Made by a program: the position numbers and the translations under genes
Notes under the pieces: model-generated
Database searches by the model: none
Told to the model about the DNA's origin: nothing
What the model saw: only the letters and a program-made list of their open reading frames with translations
Source of the DNA: Pasteurella multocida
Lineage (GTDB): Bacteria > Pseudomonadota > Gammaproteobacteria > Enterobacterales > Pasteurellaceae
Length of the DNA stretch: 32,000 nucleotides
Assembly: GCF_900187275.1 (NCBI RefSeq)
Contig: NZ_LT906458.1
Span: forward strand, 2,160,001-2,192,000
Direction of reading: 5' to 3'
In this document: in pieces, positions 27,056 to 32,000 of the stretch
How the letters are laid out: each line of letters begins with the position of its first letter
How positions within the stretch are numbered: the stretch's first letter is position 1

Positions 27056-28347
27056 TGTCATTCATTCTTTTATTAGGGACAATGTTTTTATTAACAGTTT
27101 TTGGCTTGCCACTATTTTATAGTATTATTTTTGCTTCAATTGTGACATTGTTTTATTTCTTACCTAATATCCCTGTTACGATTGTTGCACAACAAGTGAT
27201 GCAAGGGTTAGACACCAATGCATTACAAGCACTCGCATTTTTCTTTTTAGCCGGTGAACTGATGAGTGTGGGCGGCATAACTAATCGTATTATTCGATTT
27301 GTCACCTCGATAATTGGTCGTTGGAAAGGTTCTCTGGCATATATCAATATTTTCTCCAGTTTATTTTTTGGTTCTATCAGTGGTTCCGCTGTGGCATCTA
27401 CTGCCGCGATTGGAAGCTCATTAATCCCTGAAATGAAAAAAAGAGGTTATCCCGCCCCTTTTTCTGCTGCATTAACGCAGTCGGCTTCTATCATTGGTCC
27501 CATTATTCCGCCTAGTGTGCCGATGATTGTATTTGCTGCATTAGCAGGAGCAGGTGTTTCCGTTGGGAAGATGTTTATGTCTGGGATTATTCCTGGGCTT
27601 ATGATCGCATTAACATTAATCTTAATTACGTTCATCATTTCAAAAATTAAAGGTTATGGTAATCATTCAGTAGAATTTAGCCTCAAAGAAGTTAAAGAAA
27701 GCGCGAAAGATGCAGTATGGGCGTTACTCTGTCCGATTATCATTCTCTATGGCATTATTTCAGGTATTTTTACGGCAACAGAAGCAGGCGCAGTTTCGGT
27801 CGTTTATGCCTATTTAATTGGTACGTTTGTTTATAAAGAATTAAATCTGGAGCGATTAAAGAAAGCTTTTATTTCTTCTTTAAAAGGTACCATTACAGTA
27901 ATGTTAATTGTTGGCGCGTCTTCTATTTTTGCGTGGATGATTGCGCGTTTGCAAATCAGCCATCAAGTCGCAAGTTGGGTATCTTCTGTGTGCAGTAGCC
28001 CATTAGAGGCGCTTATTCTTATTAATGTGATTGTTCTTTTTATTGGCATGATAATGGATCCTACCGCGGCATTAACCATTTTAGTTCCTGTATTTATGCC
28101 AATCGTTAATCAATTTGGTATTTCACCTATTCATTTTGGGTTAGTTGTTATTTTAAATCTGATGATAGGTCTCATTACCCCGCCTGTCGGTTATTTAATA
28201 TTCTTGTCAGCAAATATCGCAGAGTGTGAACCCATTAAGGTATTGAAAGAAAGTTTACCTTTTTTACTGTCATTACTAGGTTTACTTATTTTACTCATTT
28301 TAGTACCTGAATTTAGTACATTCTTACCCGATTTATTATTTAAATAA
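27055..28347 (+). CDS. TRAP transporter large permease subunit (DctM family), system 2
   Basis: 430 aa polytopic protein. SGSAVASTAAIGSSLIPEMKKRGYPAPFSAALTQSASIIGPIIPPSVPMI is paralogous to system 1. Confidence 0.9.
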   Translation: MSFILLLGTMFLLTVFGLPLFYSIIFASIVTLFYFLPNIPVTIVAQQVMQGLDTNALQALAFFFLAGELMSVGGITNRIIRFVTSIIGRWKGSLAYINIFSSLFFGSISGSAVASTAAIGSSLIPEMKKRGYPAPFSAALTQSASIIGPIIPPSVPMIVFAALAGAGVSVGKMFMSGIIPGLMIALTLILITFIISKIKGYGNHSVEFSLKEVKESAKDAVWALLCPIIILYGIISGIFTATEAGAVSVVYAYLIGTFVYKELNLERLKKAFISSLKGTITVMLIVGASSIFAWMIARLQISHQVASWVSSVCSSPLEALILINVIVLFIGMIMDPTAALTILVPVFMPIVNQFGISPIHFGLVVILNLMIGLITPPVGYLIFLSANIAECEPIKVLKESLPFLLSLLGLLILLILVPEFSTFLPDLLFK

Positions 28348-28357
28348 GGAGTAAATC

Positions 28358-29029
28358 ATGAGTAACTGGATTGATTTATCAATGCCGATTGCTAACAACC
28401 ATGTGCGTTGGCAAACCCATATTGAGAAAAAAGGTAATTTTGATTCGGGGGATTTATTTGAAGCGACACAGCTCCAAGTCTCTTGCCATGCATTCACACA
28501 CATGGATGCACTCAGTCACATTCAGAAAGGCGCTTATAATATTTTAGATATTTCTCCAGATGTATATATTGGCAAGTTTCATGTATTGGATTTATCTAAA
28601 CAAGTGACAGAAAATTTGGCGATTACAGCAGACGTACTTGATGCGATTTGGCCTGAAGGTGATGTAGAGAGAATTATTTTTAAAACTTGTTGGGATCAAC
28701 ACCACCATTATAACACGGTTTGTTTTTGGACCAAGTCTCCCTATATTACTGAAGATGGTGCTAAGTATTTAGCGGAAAAGAAACTGAAACTCATTACTTT
28801 CGATTTTCCTCAAGATTATCCTATTCGAAGATGGGTTGATGGCATCATAGAAAAACCTTTGTCAAAACATGTCACTCACCAGCACTTATTAATGCAAGGC
28901 GTGACATTGGTCGAATACATTTGTAATACACATAAAATTACAAGTCACTGTGTGGAAGGGTTAATGATACCTATTGCTATTGAACATGCAGATGGCGCGC
29001 CTTGTCGCGTTTTGGTCAAAAATCTTTAA
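28358..29029 (+). CDS. Cyclase-family (kynurenine-formamidase-like) metal-dependent hydrolase
   Basis: SCHAFTHMDALSH fits the HxxTHxDxxxH metal-binding signature of the putative-cyclase family. At 223 aa the size fits. Confidence 0.7.
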   Translation: MSNWIDLSMPIANNHVRWQTHIEKKGNFDSGDLFEATQLQVSCHAFTHMDALSHIQKGAYNILDISPDVYIGKFHVLDLSKQVTENLAITADVLDAIWPEGDVERIIFKTCWDQHHHYNTVCFWTKSPYITEDGAKYLAEKKLKLITFDFPQDYPIRRWVDGIIEKPLSKHVTHQHLLMQGVTLVEYICNTHKITSHCVEGLMIPIAIEHADGAPCRVLVKNL

Positions 29030-29041
29030 AAGGTAAATGTT

Positions 29042-30091
29042 ATGGAAAAAAAAATTTACTTTGGTACAAATTTAAAAATGTATAAAGGTAATTGTGAAAC
29101 AGTCGATTACCTTACTCAGTTACTTGCCCTCAGAGAAAAACTTCAATCTGATTATGATATTGAATTATTTGTCATTCCTTCTTATATCGCCTTAAAAGAT
29201 GCTGTACATGCAGCGGCATCAGAGACAACGCATAAAATTCTTATTGGTGCACAGAACATGAATGCTAAGGATAAGGGGCAGTTTACTGGCGAAATTTCAC
29301 CACTCATGTTGAAAGAGCTAGGGGTTCAGTTGGTCATGATTGGGCATTCTGAACGTCGCCATGTTTTGAAAGAAACCGATCAGGAAGAGAATGAGAAAGT
29401 ATTGTCAGCGTTGAAGCATGGCTTTAAAACATTACTCTGTGTTGGTGAAACGTTAGAACAGAAAAATTATCAGATTTCCGATGAAGTACTTCGGACACAA
29501 TTAAAGATCGGTTTGCACGGTGTATCAGTGAAGCAATTACCTCATTTATTCATTGCATATGAACCCGTTTGGGCAATTGGTGAAGGTGGTATTCCTGCAA
29601 CAGCGCAATATGCAGATGAGAAACAGAAGATCATTAAACAATGTTTATTTGAAATGTTTGGTGAGGAAAGTAAAAAGATACCGGTATTGTATGGGGGAAG
29701 TGTGAATTTAGAAAATGCAAATGAATTAATTATGCAGCCTCATATTGACGGATTGTTTGTTGGGCGTAGCGCCTGGGATGCACAATGTTTTTATACTTTA
29801 ATAGACGGTGCGTTAAAAGCCTTGGCGGGTACAACACATCAATTTAGCCCTATTGCTACTCAGCTCATTAAACACTTAGGAGGAAAAGAAAATATCAGTG
29901 CGTTAACGCATTGTGCGAGTCGGATTAGAGTGATGACGCGGAATGAAAATCATATAAATAAAGTAGCAATAGAAAAAATAAATGGGGTGAGCGGGTTATT
30001 TTCGATCGCTAATCAATATCAAATTATTGTAGGTCCTAAATGGGTAGAAAAAATTTATAGCGAAATGAAAGCGTTATTAGAAACAGAATAG
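29042..30091 (+). CDS. Triosephosphate-isomerase-family isomerase fused to a C-terminal PTS EIIB(Glc-type) domain
   Basis: Residues 1 to about 262 form a TIM fold with the catalytic set (GTNLKMY Asn/Lys, GHSERR His102, AYEPVWAIG Glu174, YGGSV phosphate loop). Residues about 268-349, [29 protein letters not shown]...GVSGLF...NQYQIIVGP, match the EIIB(Glc) domain including the phospho-Cys motif C-x-S/T-R-x-R (Cys291, nt 29912..29914). Confidence 0.85.
   Translation: MEKKIYFGTNLKMYKGNCETVDYLTQLLALREKLQSDYDIELFVIPSYIALKDAVHAAASETTHKILIGAQNMNAKDKGQFTGEISPLMLKELGVQLVMIGHSERRHVLKETDQEENEKVLSALKHGFKTLLCVGETLEQKNYQISDEVLRTQLKIGLHGVSVKQLPHLFIAYEPVWAIGEGGIPATAQYADEKQKIIKQCLFEMFGEESKKIPVLYGGSVNLENANELIMQPHIDGLFVGRSAWDAQCFYTLIDGALKALAGTTHQFSPIATQLIKHLGGKENISALTHCASRIRVMTRNENHINKVAIEKINGVSGLFSIANQYQIIVGPKWVEKIYSEMKALLETE
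29843..30088 (+). other. PTS EIIB(Glc-type) domain portion of the fusion protein
   Basis: GGKENI....THCASRIR resembles E. coli PtsG GGKENITNLDACITRLR. The domain boundary is approximate. Confidence 0.75.
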
Positions 30092-30108
30092 ATGATAGGG
30101 AGAAGAGC

Positions 30109-31059
30109 ATGACACAATTAGATTCATTACGCAGTATGACGGTTGTTGTCGCAGATACTGGTGATATTGAAGCAATTAAGCAATATCAGCCACAAGATGC
30201 AACAACAAATCCTTCTTTGATTTTAAGTGCTTCTGCATTGCCCCAGTATGCGCCATTAATTGATGACGCCATTGCTTATGCGAAAACAAAAAGTGATTGT
30301 CCACGCCAGCAATTGGTTGATGCTGAAGATAAACTGGCCGTTAATATCGGCTTAGAAATACTCAAAATTATCCCCGGACGGATTTCTACAGAAGTCGATG
30401 CAAGGCTTTCGTATGATACACAAGCGACTATTGAGAAAGCGCGTAAATTGATCAAGCTTTATAATGAAGCGGGAATAGAGAATCATCGGATCCTCATCAA
30501 AATTGCTTCAACTTGGCAAGGTATTCGAGCTGCAGAAGTGCTTGAGAAAGAAGGAATTAATTGTAACTTGACGTTGTTATTTTCTGAAGCACAAGCGAGA
30601 GCTTGTGCTGAAGCTGGTGTGTATTTAATTTCGCCGTTTGTAGGGCGAATTTTAGATTGGTATAAAGCAAATACGGGCAGACAAGATTATCCGGCTGCGG
30701 AAGATCCAGGTGTGATTTCCGTGACTCAAATTTATAATTATTATAAACAACATAATTATAAGACGGTTGTCATGGGCGCAAGTTTCCGAAATGTAGATGA
30801 AATTATTGAGTTAGCAGGATGTGATCGTTTGACGATTTCACCTACTTTATTGAGTCATTTACAAGCAAGAGAAGGGGAACTTGTTCGTAAGTTAGCATTC
30901 AGCGGCGAGTTAAAAGACAGACCTCAACCTTTAACAGAGAGCGAGTTTTATTGGCAACATAACAGCGATCCAATGGCTGTTGCAAAATTAGCAGAAGGCA
31001 TTTGTAAATTTGCAGAAGATCAAGAAAAACTAGAAAAAATGCTCTTGGAAAGACTATAA
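30109..31059 (+). CDS. talB: Transaldolase B
   Basis: 316 aa, near-colinear with E. coli TalB ([72 protein letters not shown]). Confidence 0.95.
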   Translation: MTQLDSLRSMTVVVADTGDIEAIKQYQPQDATTNPSLILSASALPQYAPLIDDAIAYAKTKSDCPRQQLVDAEDKLAVNIGLEILKIIPGRISTEVDARLSYDTQATIEKARKLIKLYNEAGIENHRILIKIASTWQGIRAAEVLEKEGINCNLTLLFSEAQARACAEAGVYLISPFVGRILDWYKANTGRQDYPAAEDPGVISVTQIYNYYKQHNYKTVVMGASFRNVDEIIELAGCDRLTISPTLLSHLQAREGELVRKLAFSGELKDRPQPLTESEFYWQHNSDPMAVAKLAEGICKFAEDQEKLEKMLLERL

Positions 31060-31086
31060 CATGTTGAATAAGAGGGAGTAATCACT

Positions 31087-32000
31087 ATGGCAACACGTAG
31101 AGAACTGGCCAATGCCATTCGTTTTTTAAGTATGGATGCAGTGCAAAAAGCAAAATCAGGGCATCCAGGTGCACCGATGGGGATGGCAGATATTGCAGAA
31201 GTCTTATGGCGTGACTTTTTAAAACATAACCCAAGCAATCCACACTGGGCCGATCGCGACCGTTTCATTTTATCCAATGGTCATGGTTCAATGCTGATTT
31301 ACAGTTTATTACATTTAAGTGGTTATGACCTTTCTATTGAAGATTTAAAACAATTCCGTCAATTACATTCCAAAACACCGGGACACCCAGAATATGGTTA
31401 TGCGCCGGGTGTTGAAACCACAACAGGACCATTAGGTCAAGGGATTACGAACGCAGTGGGTTTTGCGATTGCGGAGAAAACCCTTGCCCATCAATTTAAC
31501 CGTCCAGGTCATGAAATTGTTGACCACCACACCTATGTGTTCTTAGGCGATGGTTGTTTAATGGAAGGGATTTCTCATGAAGCTTGTTCTTTAGCGGGTA
31601 CTCTAGGGTTAGGTAAACTAATTGCCTTCTATGACGACAACAATATCTCAATTGATGGTCATGTGGACGGTTGGTTCACTGATGATACGCAAAAACGGTT
31701 TGAGGCCTATGGTTGGCATGTGATTCCTGCGGTAGATGGTCATAATCCAGAACAAATTCTTGAGGCGGTGAAACAAGCCCAAGCGGAGACAACCAAACCA
31801 ACGCTCATTATTTGTAAAACCATTATCGGTTATGGTTCACCGAATAAAGCCAACTCACACGATTGTCATGGTGCTCCATTAGGTGATGATGAAATTGCGG
31901 CAGCACGTGAATTCTTAAAATGGGAGCATGCCCCGTTTGAAATTCCTGCGGAGATTTATGCACAGTGGGATGCGAAAGAAAAAGGTCAAGTTGCTGAAAA
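31087..32000 (+). CDS. tktA: Transketolase, N-terminal about 304 codons (runs off the right edge)
   Basis: Truncated, so absent from the ORF track. My translation from the ATG at 31087 (SD GAGGGAG) gives [41 protein letters not shown]...[15 protein letters not shown]...GPLGQGI...[12 protein letters not shown], which contains the TPP-binding motifs. Confidence 0.95.
   Translation, partial: MATRRELANAIRFLSMDAVQKAKSGHPGAPMGMADIAEVLWRDFLKHNPSNPHWADRDRFILSNGHGSMLIYSLLHLSGYDLSIEDLKQFRQLHSKTPGHPEYGYAPGVETTTGPLGQGITNAVGFAIAEKTLAHQFNRPGHEIVDHHTYVFLGDGCLMEGISHEACSLAGTLGLGKLIAFYDDNNISIDGHVDGWFTDDTQKRFEAYGWHVIPAVDGHNPEQILEAVKQAQAETTKPTLIICKTIIGYGSPNKANSHDCHGAPLGDDEIAAAREFLKWEHAPFEIPAEIYAQWDAKEKGQVAE

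Noticed and set aside
31020-31277. 85-aa minus-strand ORF across the talB/tktA junction
   Set aside because: It is antisense to two highly conserved genes and resembles no family.
1-32000. Search for CRISPR arrays, IS elements/transposases, integrases, prophage genes, toxin-antitoxin pairs or known defence-system genes
   Set aside because: I saw no regularly spaced direct repeats and no long terminal inverted repeats. No ORF has transposase, integrase, nuclease-helicase, methyltransferase or other defence-type motifs. The accessory content here is metabolic.

Overview
The window looks like Pasteurellaceae chromosome. Gene content and order are gamma-proteobacterial, and I found eight perfect Hin-type uptake signal sequences (AAGTGCGGT) by hand. 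The left half (1-16.9 kb) is conserved housekeeping DNA: mltG (partial), serA, rpiA, hemW, a YbjQ-family gene, a Sel1-like repeat gene, rdgB, comEA, ispH, lspA, ileS, ribF, murJ, rpsT, smp/ytjB, serB, yajQ, a YeaQ/GlsB-family gene and one tRNA with anticodon CAT whose acceptor stem looks like tRNA-Ile2. The right half (17.1-30.1 kb) is an accessory carbohydrate island. It carries two paralogous TRAP transporters, a PdxA-family dehydrogenase, a split DhaK/DhaL kinase, a xylose-isomerase-like TIM-barrel enzyme, a SorC-family regulator, an RpiB-family isomerase, a cyclase-family hydrolase, and a triosephosphate-isomerase-family protein fused to a PTS EIIB(Glc) domain. It runs without a visible terminator into talB and tktA (partial). 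My main hypothesis is that this is an uncharacterised C4-sugar (erythrulose/tetrose, possibly tetronate) catabolic system. It would deliver erythrose-4-phosphate directly to the co-operonic transaldolase and transketolase, under CRP and SorC control. The most unusual single element is the TIM-EIIB fusion, next to a DhaK/DhaL pair that has no DhaM in the window. I saw no CRISPR array, IS element, integrase, phage gene or recognisable defence gene. All small-motif coordinates were counted by hand. All functional calls rest on remembered family motifs, not on searches.
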